This document shows, piece after piece, positions 40,496 through 50,755 of a stretch of DNA of 64,000 bases; the stretch's first letter is position 1, and each line of letters opens with the position of its first letter. Position numbers and translations under genes: made by a program. The notes beneath the pieces were generated by a model. That model did not search any database. It worked only from the letters and a program-made list of their open reading frames with translations, and had not been told where the DNA came from. The DNA is from an uncultured Acidobacteriota bacterium (lineage in GTDB: Bacteria > Acidobacteriota > UBA6911), in NCBI GenBank assembly GCA_964651155.1, contig CAZYXB010000002.1, positions 64,377 to 128,376 on the forward strand. Direction: 5' to 3'.

Positions 40496-41611
40496 GTGAG
40501 AGTCGGATTTGTGGGCTGGCGGGGGATGGTCGGGTCGGTTCTAATGGAGCGGATGCGGGCCGAGGACGGGTTCTCCGGCCTTGAGGCCCATTTTTTCTCC
40601 ACGTCGAACGTCGGCGGGCGCGGGCCGGACGTGGGCGCGGGGGACACCGTGCTCGAGGACGCGTTCGACATCCGGGCGCTGGCCGCCAGCGACGCCGTCC
40701 TGTCGTGCCAGGGGGGGGACTACACCACCAGAGTCTACGCGAAGATCCGCGCCGCCGGGTGGAAGGGGTACTGGATCGATGCGGCATCCACCCTGAGGAT
40801 GGACCGGGAGGCCTGCATCGTGCTCGATCCGGTCAACCGGCGCCTGATAGACGCCCAGCTGGCGGCGGGAGTCCGGACCTATGCCGGCGGCAACTGCACG
40901 GTCAGCCTGATGCTGATGGCCCTGGACGGGCTGTTCCAGGCGGACCTGGTCGAGTGGCTCAGCTCGATGACCTACCAGGCGGCTTCCGGGGCGGGCGCCG
41001 CGAACATGCAGGAGCTCGTGGCCCAGATGGCGATGATCGGGGAGCGTGCCGGGCCGCTGCTGTCGAGCCCGGCGGCCACGGCGCTCGACCTGGACCGGTG
41101 CGTGACCGACGTCCTGCGGTCGGGGTCGCTGCCGGTCGACAACTTCGGCGTGCCGCTCGCCGCCAGTTTGATCCCCTGGATCGACCGGCCGGTGGAGCGG
41201 GGCCAGACGCGCGAGGAGTGGAAGGGCATGGCCGAGACGAACCGGATCCTCGGGACCGGCCGGGAGATACCCGTAGACGGCATCTGCGTCCGCATCGGCG
41301 CCATGCGGTGCCACTCCCAGGGATTCACGATCAAGCTGAAAAAGGGCGTCCCCCTCGACGAGATCCGGGAGATGCTGGCGCGGGCCAACGACTGGGTCGA
41401 GGTGATCGACAACACCCGGGAGGACACCCTGAGGCGCCTGAGCCCCGCCGCCGTGAGCGGAACGCTGAAAGTGCCCGTCGGCCGCATCCGGAAGATGCGC
41501 ATGGGGGAGGAGTACCTGACTGCGTTCTCCGTGGGGGACCAGCTGCTGTGGGGCGCGGCCGAACCCCTGCACCGGATGCTGCGGATCCTCAGGGAACACC
41601 TCGGGCGCTAG
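40496..41611 (+). CDS. asd: Aspartate-semialdehyde dehydrogenase (long form)
   Basis: GTG start giving (M)[14 protein letters not shown] (NAD-binding loop), AGGAGC RBS 6 nt upstream, catalytic GGNCTVS. Confidence 0.9.
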   Translation: MRVGFVGWRGMVGSVLMERMRAEDGFSGLEAHFFSTSNVGGRGPDVGAGDTVLEDAFDIRALAASDAVLSCQGGDYTTRVYAKIRAAGWKGYWIDAASTLRMDREACIVLDPVNRRLIDAQLAAGVRTYAGGNCTVSLMLMALDGLFQADLVEWLSSMTYQAASGAGAANMQELVAQMAMIGERAGPLLSSPAATALDLDRCVTDVLRSGSLPVDNFGVPLAASLIPWIDRPVERGQTREEWKGMAETNRILGTGREIPVDGICVRIGAMRCHSQGFTIKLKKGVPLDEIREMLARANDWVEVIDNTREDTLRRLSPAAVSGTLKVPVGRIRKMRMGEEYLTAFSVGDQLLWGAAEPLHRMLRILREHLGR

Positions 41612-41660
41612 GCGGAAAAGGCCGGGGGCGCTCCGGGCCGCCGCAATCGGCGGCGCCCGG

Positions 41661-42689
41661 TCAATGCGCGCCTTCCAAAGCGGTGCTTCCCGCACCCTCA
41701 CCCGCCGCGCCGGCCGCCGGCCCAACCGCCTGCGTCTGCAATCCCGGCGCCATGTCCGTTGCGTAGTAGCCCTGGCGCGCGCGGATCCGCAGCTGGGGCT
41801 TTCCTGGCACCGTTACGGATATGGTGCGGAACGTGCCGTCGGCGCGGGTGTTCGAGGAGTGATAGCTCAACAGGTACTGGGCCCGAAGCTCGAACGCGAT
41901 GCGGTCGTAGATGCCGTCGAGGTCCGACGCCCGGTTCGAGACGAAGGCGGCGCCGCCGGTCTTCCCCGCGAGCGCGGAGAGCCACCGCTGTCCCGTGGCG
42001 CTGATCGCGTTCAGCCGTACGGAAGGTCCGCTCGGGTTGACCGAGTAGACGACGGTGTTGGATCGTCGCACGGAGGAGAGCGCATCGGCGAAACGGTGGT
42101 CGCTCCTGTTGTCCTCGCCGTCGGATAAGATCACGGCCGCCTGGCGCGTTTCCGCCGCCGTCGACCGCTCGAGGAGTTCCGCGGCCAGAACGACCGAGTC
42201 GAAAAAGGCCGTGGCGTCCCCGGTCGGCTGCAGGCCGGAGAGGATCTGCATCACCTCCCCGGGCGACGGGGAGGCCTCCAGGCGCAGCGACGGCTCGCTG
42301 CCGAGGGTGATGACCGAAACCGTGTCCCCCGGTTTCCACACCTTTTCCATGAAGCGGCAGGCGGCCGTCCTTTCGAATTCGAAGCTGGAATGGACGCTGC
42401 CGGAAAGGTCCATAAGCAGCACGAGCTGCAGGGGGGATTCCCCCGCCTGGATCAGCCTGGAGATCGCTTCCGCCCGGCCGTCCTCCTCGATCTCGAAATC
42501 CCCGATGCCCAGTCCCGCGACCGGGGACCCCGAGGCGTCGGTGACCGCCACCGGGACCGTGACGAGATTCGCGCTGATTTTTATGGCGCCCGAGGGGCGC
42601 CGGATGGAAGAGGTCCCGGCATCGGCGGGGCCTGCGGCAGGGACCGAAGCCGGCACGCCCCAGCAGATGCCGAGAAACTGGATCAGCAT
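41661..42689 (-). CDS. Secreted VWA-domain protein of the 'VWFA-related acidobacterial domain' family
   Basis: Signal peptide MLIQFLGICWGVPASVPAA. VWA MIDAS-like block LVLLMDLSGSV...VVYSV. The family architecture is typical of Acidobacteria. Confidence 0.7.
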   Translation of the reverse strand: MLIQFLGICWGVPASVPAAGPADAGTSSIRRPSGAIKISANLVTVPVAVTDASGSPVAGLGIGDFEIEEDGRAEAISRLIQAGESPLQLVLLMDLSGSVHSSFEFERTAACRFMEKVWKPGDTVSVITLGSEPSLRLEASPSPGEVMQILSGLQPTGDATAFFDSVVLAAELLERSTAAETRQAAVILSDGEDNRSDHRFADALSSVRRSNTVVYSVNPSGPSVRLNAISATGQRWLSALAGKTGGAAFVSNRASDLDGIYDRIAFELRAQYLLSYHSSNTRADGTFRTISVTVPGKPQLRIRARQGYYATDMAPGLQTQAVGPAAGAAGEGAGSTALEGAH

Positions 42690-42764
42690 ACAGATACGTG
42701 TATACGATCGGAGTGGCTGCAATTCCATTCTAATAGTATCGTCCTGATCCGCTGCGTCGTTAGT

Positions 42765-43802
42765 TTACTGCTGTTCGGGGTTGCTCAGGCCCTTGCTGAC
42801 CAGGACCCGGACCTCGACCCGCCTGTTCTGGCTCCGTCCGGCGCGGGTCTGATTGTCGGCCACCGGCTGATTCTCCCCGTACCCCATGGGGGTGACGAAG
42901 CGGCGCAGCGGTATGCCGAAGGTTTCGGCCATGTACTGGATGACCGAATCGGCCCGTCGCTGGCTCAGCCTGCGGTTGTAGTCGGGATCCCCGTCGGAGG
43001 AGGTGAACCCTGCAACTTCGACCAGGTAGCCTTTTTCGCTTTCCAGCCGCGCGGCCGCCGCCTGCAGGTCGCTTTTGGCAGCCGCGGAGAGGTCCGCGCT
43101 GTCGGCGGCAAAGAGAACGACGACGGTGGACTGCACGCTGTATTCATCGAGCGCCGAAATACGTTCGTTGGTTGCCGCCACGCGCTCTTCGGCGAACGTC
43201 CGGGCGCTGGTGGCCGCCGACATGGCCTGGTCGGCCGATTCCTGGGCCTTCTGGGCGCCGGCGCGCGCGGTGTTGGACACCTCGGAAAGCTCCTGCACCT
43301 GTCCCGAGAGCCTCTGCGCATTCTGTTCGGTTTCGCTCAGCCGGTTCTGCGCCGCCTCGAGCTCCTTCTCGACCGGCAAAACGCGCGTATCCATCGACTG
43401 GGCCATCTCGAGGTCATCGTTCCGGAGCTTGATGTTTTTGGCCACCAGGCTGCCGCTGCCATCGCCTGTCCCTTCCACTTCGGCCTGCAACCCCTGCAGC
43501 AGGTCCGCTTCCGAGTATTTCTTGGATCCGCGGAACGGGTTTTTCTTTCTTTCCTTGATCTCGGTGGTGCCGGTGATGGTCACGTTGTAGACAACCCCTC
43601 CGGGGCAGAGCAGCGCCAGACCGCCGGCCTTCTTGTCCAGGATCACGCCTTCGACCTTCAGCTTCTGGCCGCTCTGGACCTCGACGGCCCGGGTCTGGAG
43701 GCCGCCTTGGGGATCCTGGGCGGCTGCCCGGACCGGCCCGATGGCGGAAAGGGCCATAATCACGCAAAGAAACAACACGGGTATTCGGTGGCTATTCTTC
43801 AT
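42765..43802 (-). CDS. OmpA-family protein (signal peptide, N-terminal domain, coiled coil, C-terminal OmpA peptidoglycan-binding domain)
   Basis: MKNSHRIPVLFLCVIMALSAIGPVRA with AGGAGG RBS. C-terminus FAADSADLS...DYNRRLSQRRADSV...VEVRV is an OmpA_C domain. Confidence 0.75.
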   Translation of the reverse strand: MKNSHRIPVLFLCVIMALSAIGPVRAAAQDPQGGLQTRAVEVQSGQKLKVEGVILDKKAGGLALLCPGGVVYNVTITGTTEIKERKKNPFRGSKKYSEADLLQGLQAEVEGTGDGSGSLVAKNIKLRNDDLEMAQSMDTRVLPVEKELEAAQNRLSETEQNAQRLSGQVQELSEVSNTARAGAQKAQESADQAMSAATSARTFAEERVAATNERISALDEYSVQSTVVVLFAADSADLSAAAKSDLQAAAARLESEKGYLVEVAGFTSSDGDPDYNRRLSQRRADSVIQYMAETFGIPLRRFVTPMGYGENQPVADNQTRAGRSQNRRVEVRVLVSKGLSNPEQQ

Positions 43803-44123
43803 CTTCGCACATCCTCCTAGGTTCTTGGTTGGACCTGCCGGCCAAGTTGTCCGAAGGCGCGGCATCCACCATGCACACCTATTCTAAAGCAATCGCCGTG
43901 CCAGATCGGGAACATATGCAAATAGCGAAAAGCGCGGCACTTGCGGGATCCCGGCTTTGGAGCCTGTAGACTGCCGGGCAGGGAAATTTTCCCCGCCGGG
44001 TGAGAAAATCCCGGTATCCGGGCCCGCGCCCGGCCCGGTTGCGGCCCTGCGCACGGCGAAGAAACAGGTGCAATCACGCGCCGGTGCGCCTATGATGGGC
44101 TGAAACGAAACCGGAGGCGTTCC

Positions 44124-46802
44124 ATGACCCTTCTCAACCGGCACCTACCCGACGAGGATCCCTCGGAAACCCAGGAATGGTTCGATTCCCTGCGGTCGGT
44201 CGCGCTCGACAGGGGGCGCCGACGCGCGCGCAACCTTCTTCGCCTGCTCCTGGCCGAGGCGCGCGCGCTCGACCTCGGCATCCCGGAGCTCGTCCAGACC
44301 CCGTACATCAACACGATCCCGCCCGACCGGGAGCCCGCCTTCCCCGGGGACGAGGAGATGGAAAAACGGATACGGCGGATAGACCGTTGGAATGCGGCCG
44401 TGATGGTCACGCGCGCCAACACGCGGCACGACGGCATCGGGGGTCACATCTCCACCTACGCCTCCAGCGCCGCCCTCTACGGGGTGGGCCTGAACCATTT
44501 CTTCCGCGGCAAGAGCCCCGACGCATCCGGGGACCAGGTGTTTTTCCAGGGGCACGCGTCGCCCGGCATCTATGCCCGCGCCTTTCTCGAAGGCCGCATC
44601 ACCGAGCGGCAGATGGAGCACTTCCGGCGCGAATCGGTGCGGGGCGCGGGGCTGTCGTCCTACCCGCACCCGCGCCTGATGCCCGATTTCTGGGAGTTTC
44701 CGACCGTGTCGATGGGGCTGGGGCCCCTGACGGCGATCTATCAGGCGCGGTTCAACCGCTACCTTCAGGCGCGCGGCATCCGGGACACCGGGAGCGCGCG
44801 CGTCTGGTGTTTTCTGGGCGACGGGGAGTGCGACGAGCCGGAATCGCTCGGAGCGCTTTTTCTGGCCTCCCGCGAGAAACTGGACAACCTCGTATTTGTC
44901 GTCAACTGCAATCTCCAGAGACTGGACGGGCCCGTACGGGGCAACGGCAAGATCATCCAGGAGCTGGAGATGATCTTCCGCGGCGCCGGCTGGAACGTGT
45001 TGAAGGTCATCTGGGGGCGCGAGTGGGACGCGCTGCTCGAGAAGGACACCGACGGGGTGCTCGTCGAGAAGATGAACCAGACCGTCGACGGCGCCTACCA
45101 GAAGTACGCCATCTCCAAGGGGGACTATATCCGCGAGCATTTCTTCGGCCCCGACCCGCGGTTGCGCAATCTGGTCGAGCACCTGGGCGACGCGGACCTG
45201 GAGAACCTCAGGCGCGGAGGGCACGACTACCGGAAGCTGTATGCCGCCTACAGGGCGGCCGTCGAGCACCGGGGGGCCCCGACGGTCATCCTGGCGAAAA
45301 CGGTCAAGGGCTGGGCGCTCGGCGAAGGGTTTTTGGGGAAGAACGTCACCCACCAGCTGAAGAAGATGAACCTGGAACAGCTCCGCACATTCCGGGACCT
45401 TCTGGAGCTGCCGGTTCGGGACCGGGACCTCGAGGACCCGCCCTACTACCACCCCGGGAAGGACAGCCCGGAAGTCCGGTACCTGCAGGAGCTCCGGCGG
45501 CCGCTCGGGAGCGGACTGCCAGGGCGTGCGGCCCCCTCGCGGCCGCTTGGCCTTCCGCCGGGCGCGCTCTACGACGAGTTCCGCCCGGGGACCGGTACCG
45601 GCAGGGATGTGTCCACCACCATGGTGTTCGTGCGGCTGCTGCGGTCGCTCATGCGCGACGAAAACATCGGCCGCCGCATTGTCCCGATCATCCCCGACGA
45701 GGCGAGGACCTTCGGCATGGATTCCATGTTCCGGGAGTTCGGCATCTATTCGTCGGTCGGCCAGCTGTACGAGCCGGTCGACGCGGGCATGCTGTTGAGC
45801 TACCACGAGTCCGGCGAAGGGCAGATCCTGGAGGAGGGGATCACCGAAGCCGGGAGCGCGGCCAGTTTCACGGCCGCCGGCACGAGCTACGCGACGCATT
45901 CGGAGCCGATGATCCCGTTCTACATCTTCTATTCCATGTTCGGATTCCAGCGGACGGGCGATCTTTTCTGGGCCTTCGGGGACGCGCGCGGACGCGGCTT
46001 TGCCCTGGGCGCCACCGCCGGCCGCACGACGCTCAACGGCGAGGGCCTGCAGCACCAGGACGGGCACAGCCATATCCTGGCCTCGACGGTGCCCAGTCTG
46101 CTGTGCTACGACCCCGCATTCGCCTTCGAACTCGCCATGATCGTGAAAAACGGCCTGCACCGGATGTATGAAAAGCAGGAGGACGTCTGGTACTACCTGA
46201 CCCTGTACAACGAAAACATCTCCCACCCGCCCATGCCCGGGGGTGCGGAGGAGGGGATTCTCAAGGGACTGTATCTGTTCCGCCCGGCAGAGGAAAGGCT
46301 CCGGCATCACGTCGGGCTCTTCGGAAGCGGGGCCATCATGCAGGGCGTGCTCCGCGCCCAAGAACTGCTGGCCGAGAAATTCCGGGTCTCCTCCGATGTA
46401 TGGAGCGCGACAAGCTACCAGCAGCTGCGCAATGAAGCCCTGTCGGCGGACCGGTGGAATCGCCTGCACCCCGAATCGCCCCCCCGCGTTCCCTATGTGG
46501 CCGAAGTTCTCGACGGCGCCCGGGGGCCGTTTGTCGCGGCGACGGATTTCATGAAGGCGCTGCCGGAGATGATCCGGCCCTGGCTGCCCGGACGTCTCGT
46601 GGCTCTGGGGACGGACGGGTACGGCCGCAGCGATACCCGGGAAGCCCTGCGCCGGTTCTTCGAAGTCGATGCCGAAAGCATCGTCATCGCGGCCCTGCAC
46701 GCTCTGGCGCAGGAAGGCGCGATCCCTCCGGCGCGGGTCGCCGAGGCGATCAGGGACCTCGGCGTGGATCCGGACAAGCCCGACCCCATCGACTGCGGCT
46801 GA
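44124..46802 (+). CDS. aceE: Pyruvate dehydrogenase E1 component (homodimeric type)
   Basis: 892 aa, full-length AceE similarity (TPP-binding GDGE...N, transketolase-like domains). Confidence 0.95.
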   Translation: MTLLNRHLPDEDPSETQEWFDSLRSVALDRGRRRARNLLRLLLAEARALDLGIPELVQTPYINTIPPDREPAFPGDEEMEKRIRRIDRWNAAVMVTRANTRHDGIGGHISTYASSAALYGVGLNHFFRGKSPDASGDQVFFQGHASPGIYARAFLEGRITERQMEHFRRESVRGAGLSSYPHPRLMPDFWEFPTVSMGLGPLTAIYQARFNRYLQARGIRDTGSARVWCFLGDGECDEPESLGALFLASREKLDNLVFVVNCNLQRLDGPVRGNGKIIQELEMIFRGAGWNVLKVIWGREWDALLEKDTDGVLVEKMNQTVDGAYQKYAISKGDYIREHFFGPDPRLRNLVEHLGDADLENLRRGGHDYRKLYAAYRAAVEHRGAPTVILAKTVKGWALGEGFLGKNVTHQLKKMNLEQLRTFRDLLELPVRDRDLEDPPYYHPGKDSPEVRYLQELRRPLGSGLPGRAAPSRPLGLPPGALYDEFRPGTGTGRDVSTTMVFVRLLRSLMRDENIGRRIVPIIPDEARTFGMDSMFREFGIYSSVGQLYEPVDAGMLLSYHESGEGQILEEGITEAGSAASFTAAGTSYATHSEPMIPFYIFYSMFGFQRTGDLFWAFGDARGRGFALGATAGRTTLNGEGLQHQDGHSHILASTVPSLLCYDPAFAFELAMIVKNGLHRMYEKQEDVWYYLTLYNENISHPPMPGGAEEGILKGLYLFRPAEERLRHHVGLFGSGAIMQGVLRAQELLAEKFRVSSDVWSATSYQQLRNEALSADRWNRLHPESPPRVPYVAEVLDGARGPFVAATDFMKALPEMIRPWLPGRLVALGTDGYGRSDTREALRRFFEVDAESIVIAALHALAQEGAIPPARVAEAIRDLGVDPDKPDPIDCG

Positions 46803-46815
46803 CCGGCGGCCGACC

Positions 46816-47811
46816 CTACGGCCGGGGCGCGTAATACCCCTCACGGGTGCGCACGGTGTACCCGTTTCTTTTGAGCCGCACCTCGACCCGGTGGAACGCC
46901 CCGTTCCGCTCGAGATTGCTCGGGTAATAGCCGATGCTGTACCGGGAGGAAAGCTCCCGGGCGATTTTCCGGAAAGCCGTGCTGAGGTCGTCGGTCTTCC
47001 GGGCCTCGGCCAGGGTGCCGCCGCTCGATCCCGCAAGCCTCGCCAGGTAGGCGCGCCCGGCTTCGTTGCCCGCCCTGGCGCCCCCGCCTCCGGGCGCCGG
47101 AAATCTTCCGAAAGTCCTTTCCGCGGGGCGGAAACAGACCGCGTAGATGGCCGCCTCGGTTTCGCGGGCCAGGCGGAGGGTCTCCTCTTCCGTGACGGTC
47201 CGGCTCCGGGTGTCGATGCCGTCGCTGAAGACGACGAGGGCCTTGCGCCCGTATTCATGCCGCAGCACCTGTTCGAGGCCGAGCCACACGGCCTCATAGA
47301 CGGCGCTCATCCCCTTGAACTCCATCCGCCCGAGGGCCGCCGGGTTCTTGTTCCCGTAGAGGCTGAACGGCTCCCACAGAACGACATCGTCGTTGAACGA
47401 CAGTATCGCCAGGCGGTCCTCCTTCTTGAGAAAACCGACAAAGCGGGTCGCCTCGTTCCGGATGATGCCCTCGTGCTTTCTCATGCTGTCGCTCGTGTCG
47501 AGCATCAGGGCCACCGATACGGGTTCCTCCACGCTGGCAAAGGCCGCAATCTCCTGGGGGACGCCGTCGTCGAGAACCCTGAAATCCTCCCGCCGGAGAT
47601 CCGTGACATAGCCCCCCGCGGCGGTGGTGACGACGACGGGCAAAGACACCATGTCCACACGGATCTGGAACGATTTCCCGCCGGGGGCGTCCGAGGGGGG
47701 AGCCTCCCGCTGGGAGGGAGCCTCCCGCTGGGAGGGAGCCTCTTCTTGGGAGGCTCCGTCCGGCAACGCCAGACACAGTGCCGAAAGGGCAAGTGCTTTG
47801 ACTGCAAGCAT
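46816..47811 (-). CDS. Secreted VWA-domain protein, 'VWFA-related acidobacterial domain' family (second copy)
   Basis: Start MLAVKALALSALCLALP. N-terminal EAPSQR tandem repeat (18-bp x3 at 47699-47752), then a VWA block VALMLDTSDSM... Confidence 0.7.
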   Translation of the reverse strand: MLAVKALALSALCLALPDGASQEEAPSQREAPSQREAPPSDAPGGKSFQIRVDMVSLPVVVTTAAGGYVTDLRREDFRVLDDGVPQEIAAFASVEEPVSVALMLDTSDSMRKHEGIIRNEATRFVGFLKKEDRLAILSFNDDVVLWEPFSLYGNKNPAALGRMEFKGMSAVYEAVWLGLEQVLRHEYGRKALVVFSDGIDTRSRTVTEEETLRLARETEAAIYAVCFRPAERTFGRFPAPGGGGARAGNEAGRAYLARLAGSSGGTLAEARKTDDLSTAFRKIARELSSRYSIGYYPSNLERNGAFHRVEVRLKRNGYTVRTREGYYAPRP

Positions 47812-47825
47812 GGCGCATTCCTTTT

Positions 47826-48488
47826 CTACGGCGTGGTCTGCCCCGTTCGATTCAGGCGGGCGGGCCCGGACAGTGCCGCGGAGCCCCTGGCAAAGAAGCG
47901 CAGCGGCCAGCCGGCGGCTTCCCCGGCGTAGTCGACGCCGATACGCCGGGACCGGCCGATCCCGGCGCAGGCCGCGCCGTTGTCGAACAGGCGCAGATCC
48001 CCCGCCGCGAGCAGGTCCGTTCCGCTCGCCAGGGCGGTTATGCCGAGGCCGCGGCTCAGATTTGCCGGGCCCGCGAGGAGGCGGGCCGGGGCGCCAGCCG
48101 GGCCTTCTGCGGCCCGGAGCAGAACGGCTTCCGCGATCCCCTCGGGCCGCGTCACGACATTCGTGCAGTGGTGCATCCCGTAGACCAGGAAAACGTACAG
48201 GTGGCCGCCGTCCATGTACATCGGTTCCACCCGGGGCGTGCGCCGACCGCCGCGCGAATGGGCCGCCGCGTCCCCGCGGCCGAGGTAGGCCTCCGTTTCC
48301 ACGATCCGGGCGCCGTACCAGCACCCGTCGTGGCGGTGTGCCAGCCAGGCGCCGAGCAGGCGCCGGGCGATCCGGACCGTATCCCCGCGGTAGAACCCGC
48401 GGGGGAATTCCGCCAGCCCCAGCGCGTCGGGATCGAAACGGAGGCTCGGGTGGGGCGCCGGGCCGCAGATTCGAACGGAACGGTTCAC
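47826..48488 (-). CDS. mpg: DNA-3-methyladenine glycosylase (Mpg/AAG family)
   Basis: VETEAYLG...DAAAHSRGGRRTPR...HLYVFLVYGMHHCTNVV signature. GTG start at 48488 with GGGGAGG RBS 5 nt upstream, immediately after the upstream gene's stop. Confidence 0.7.
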   Translation of the reverse strand: MNRSVRICGPAPHPSLRFDPDALGLAEFPRGFYRGDTVRIARRLLGAWLAHRHDGCWYGARIVETEAYLGRGDAAAHSRGGRRTPRVEPMYMDGGHLYVFLVYGMHHCTNVVTRPEGIAEAVLLRAAEGPAGAPARLLAGPANLSRGLGITALASGTDLLAAGDLRLFDNGAACAGIGRSRRIGVDYAGEAAGWPLRFFARGSAALSGPARLNRTGQTTP

Positions 48489-48504
48489 GCAGCCTCCCCG
48501 TCGG

Positions 48505-49416
48505 TCATTGGAAGGGATCCTTCGGCGGGAACGTGTGCCCGAGGGCGTGCTCGAGCGACGGGAAACGGAACTGGAATGCCGTACCGGCGAGCCGGGACGG
48601 CAGGACCCTGGAGCTGGCCAGAAGCAGCGCGTCCGCCATTTCCCCGAAAACAATGCGCGCGGCGAAGCCAGGCAGCATGAGCCACACCGGGCGCCGGAGC
48701 ACCTTCCCCAGCTTTTTTGAAAACGTATGGTTCGTTACCGGGTCCGGGGAGACGGCATTGACCGGCCCGCTCAGGGACTCGTTTCCGATCGCGTATTCGA
48801 TGACGCCCGTCAGGTCGTCCAGGGCGATCCAGCTGATGTGCTGCCGGCCGTTGCCGATCTTCCCCCCGAATCCCATCCGGAAAACGGGCAGCATTCTGTC
48901 GAGCGCTCCCCCCGATGCGCTCAGCACGATGCCGAACCTGAGGATGACGACGCGTATCCCCGCCCTGGCGGCCGGTTCGGTCGCACGCTCCCACTGTTGG
49001 CACACGTCGGCAAGGAATCCCGACCCCGGGCCGCTGTCTTCATCGAGCAGCTCGTCTCCCCGGTCCCCGTAATAGCCGACGGCCGACGTGCTGACCAGGA
49101 CCTTCGGGGGCGAAGGAAGACGTGCCATCGATTCCGCGAGAAGCCGGGTCCCCAGAACGCGGCTGTCGAGGATCCGCCGTTTCTTCTCCCCGGTCCACCT
49201 CCCCCCGGTCAGGCTTTCGCCTGCAAGGTGAACCACCGCATCGACGCCGTCGAACGCACCGGCGTTCAATTCCCCCCGGGCGGGATTCCAGAAGGCCTGG
49301 TTGTCCGAAACCGGGGTCCTGCGCACCATGTGGATGACGCGGTGGTGGTGCCGTTCGAGGGAAGTGCACAGGCTTGAGCCCACGAGACCGGTGGATCCGG
49401 TTACGAGAACGTTCAT
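48505..49416 (-). CDS. NAD-dependent epimerase/dehydratase-family protein, YfcH-like (SDR with C-terminal DUF1731)
   Basis: MNVLVTGSTGLVGSSL Rossmann motif with AGGAGG RBS. C-terminal domain conserved as in the YfcH family (TIGR01777-like). Confidence 0.8.
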   Translation of the reverse strand: MNVLVTGSTGLVGSSLCTSLERHHHRVIHMVRRTPVSDNQAFWNPARGELNAGAFDGVDAVVHLAGESLTGGRWTGEKKRRILDSRVLGTRLLAESMARLPSPPKVLVSTSAVGYYGDRGDELLDEDSGPGSGFLADVCQQWERATEPAARAGIRVVILRFGIVLSASGGALDRMLPVFRMGFGGKIGNGRQHISWIALDDLTGVIEYAIGNESLSGPVNAVSPDPVTNHTFSKKLGKVLRRPVWLMLPGFAARIVFGEMADALLLASSRVLPSRLAGTAFQFRFPSLEHALGHTFPPKDPFQ

Positions 49417-49469
49417 TGTCAGCCTCCTGTTTGTTTCGTTGCAGACGGCCGGGCCGGCGCCGCGGGCCG

Positions 49470-50486
49470 CTAGAGCGTTCTGTCGACGGCGGACGCGATC
49501 AGCCGGATCTCCTTGATCAGCGTTTCCAAATCCTGCGGGAGGATCGACTGGTTGCCGTCGGAAAGCGCCGTTTCCGGATGGTTGTGCACCTCGATGATCA
49601 AGCCGTCGGCTCCGACCGCAACCGCTGCGCGCGACAGCGGGATCACTTTTTCCCTGCGTCCGGTGCCGTGGCTGGGGTCGACGATGATCGGCAGGTGGCT
49701 CAGACGCTGCGCGGCTGGAACGACGCTCAGATCCAGGGTGTTCCGCGTGTGGTCGGCGAAAGTCCGTATGCCCCTTTCGCAGAGTATAACATTGTAGTTG
49801 CCCTCCGAGAGGATGTATTCGGCGGCCATGAGCAGCTCGTCCAGGGTCGCGGCAATGCCTCTTTTGAGGAGCACGGGGCATCGGGACCTCCCCGCCCGCT
49901 TTAAAAGGGAGAAATTCTGCATGTTCCGCGCACCGATCTGGATGACGTCCGCGTACTGTTGGACCAGTCCGATGCTTTCGGCGTCGACAGCTTCCGTGAC
50001 GATTTTCAGGCCGAAGTCCTCCCGGATGCCGGCCAGGATCCTGAGCCCCTCCTCGGCGAGTCCCTGGAAACTGTAGGGGGAGGTGCGCGGTTTGTACGCT
50101 CCGCCGCGGAACAGCGTCGCTCCCGCGGCCGCGACGCTGGCGGCGATCGACCGCGCCTGTTCCCGGCTCTCGACCGCGCAGGGGCCGGCGATGATGGCCA
50201 GCTGGCGGCCTCCTATCCGGACCCCGTCCCCCAGGTCGACGACCGTCGTATCCTCCTTCAGTTCCCGGCTGACGAGCTTGTAGGGTTTCGAGACGGGAAC
50301 GCAGTCGGCCACTCCCGGGAACGATTCAAACGTCGCGGCTTCGAGTGGGCCTTCGTTGCCGGTGATGCCGATGGCGGTTCGCGTGACGCCCGGGATCGGA
50401 TGCGCCCGATACCCCATGGATTCGATCTTTCGGCACACGTTTGCAATGTCTTCACTGGTTGCCTGGGACTTCATCATCACTAACAT
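49470..50486 (-). CDS. 3-deoxy-7-phosphoheptulonate (DAHP) synthase, type I-beta
   Basis: 338 aa from [14 protein letters not shown]... with GAGGAG RBS. KDO8PS/DAHPS I-beta TIM-barrel motifs ([21 protein letters not shown]). Confidence 0.85.
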   Translation of the reverse strand: MLVMMKSQATSEDIANVCRKIESMGYRAHPIPGVTRTAIGITGNEGPLEAATFESFPGVADCVPVSKPYKLVSRELKEDTTVVDLGDGVRIGGRQLAIIAGPCAVESREQARSIAASVAAAGATLFRGGAYKPRTSPYSFQGLAEEGLRILAGIREDFGLKIVTEAVDAESIGLVQQYADVIQIGARNMQNFSLLKRAGRSRCPVLLKRGIAATLDELLMAAEYILSEGNYNVILCERGIRTFADHTRNTLDLSVVPAAQRLSHLPIIVDPSHGTGRREKVIPLSRAAVAVGADGLIIEVHNHPETALSDGNQSILPQDLETLIKEIRLIASAVDRTL

Positions 50487-50564
50487 CGCTCGATCTCCTC
50501 GTGGCGCCTGCGGCTGCGGTCGCAGGACGTGCGCCGTTTTCGGGCAGGCGTGGGATGCGGGCCG

Positions 50565-50610
50565 GCCTGCTGCGGCCCGGCCTGCTGCGGCCCGGCCTGC
50601 TGCGGCCCGC
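50565..50610. repeat. 15-bp tandem repeat x3 (GCGGCCCGGCCTGCT) in the divergent promoter region between the DAHP synthase and M20 hydrolase genes
   Basis: Perfect triple repeat visible in the sequence. Confidence 0.85.
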
Positions 50611-50755
50611 AAAGGGGCGGTAGAACATTCCGGATTCCGTTCCCAAAACTTCCATTATAATACAAGATCCGTATAAGACGGAGGGGCCTTTTACCGTATC
50701 GATTGGCGGTAGGCAAAGCGGGGACCGGATGGTATACAGTCTCAGGGGGGATGGT

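Noticed and set aside
44145-47297. 1050-aa minus-strand ORF opposite aceE
   Set aside because: It is antisense to pyruvate dehydrogenase E1. It has no domain signatures.
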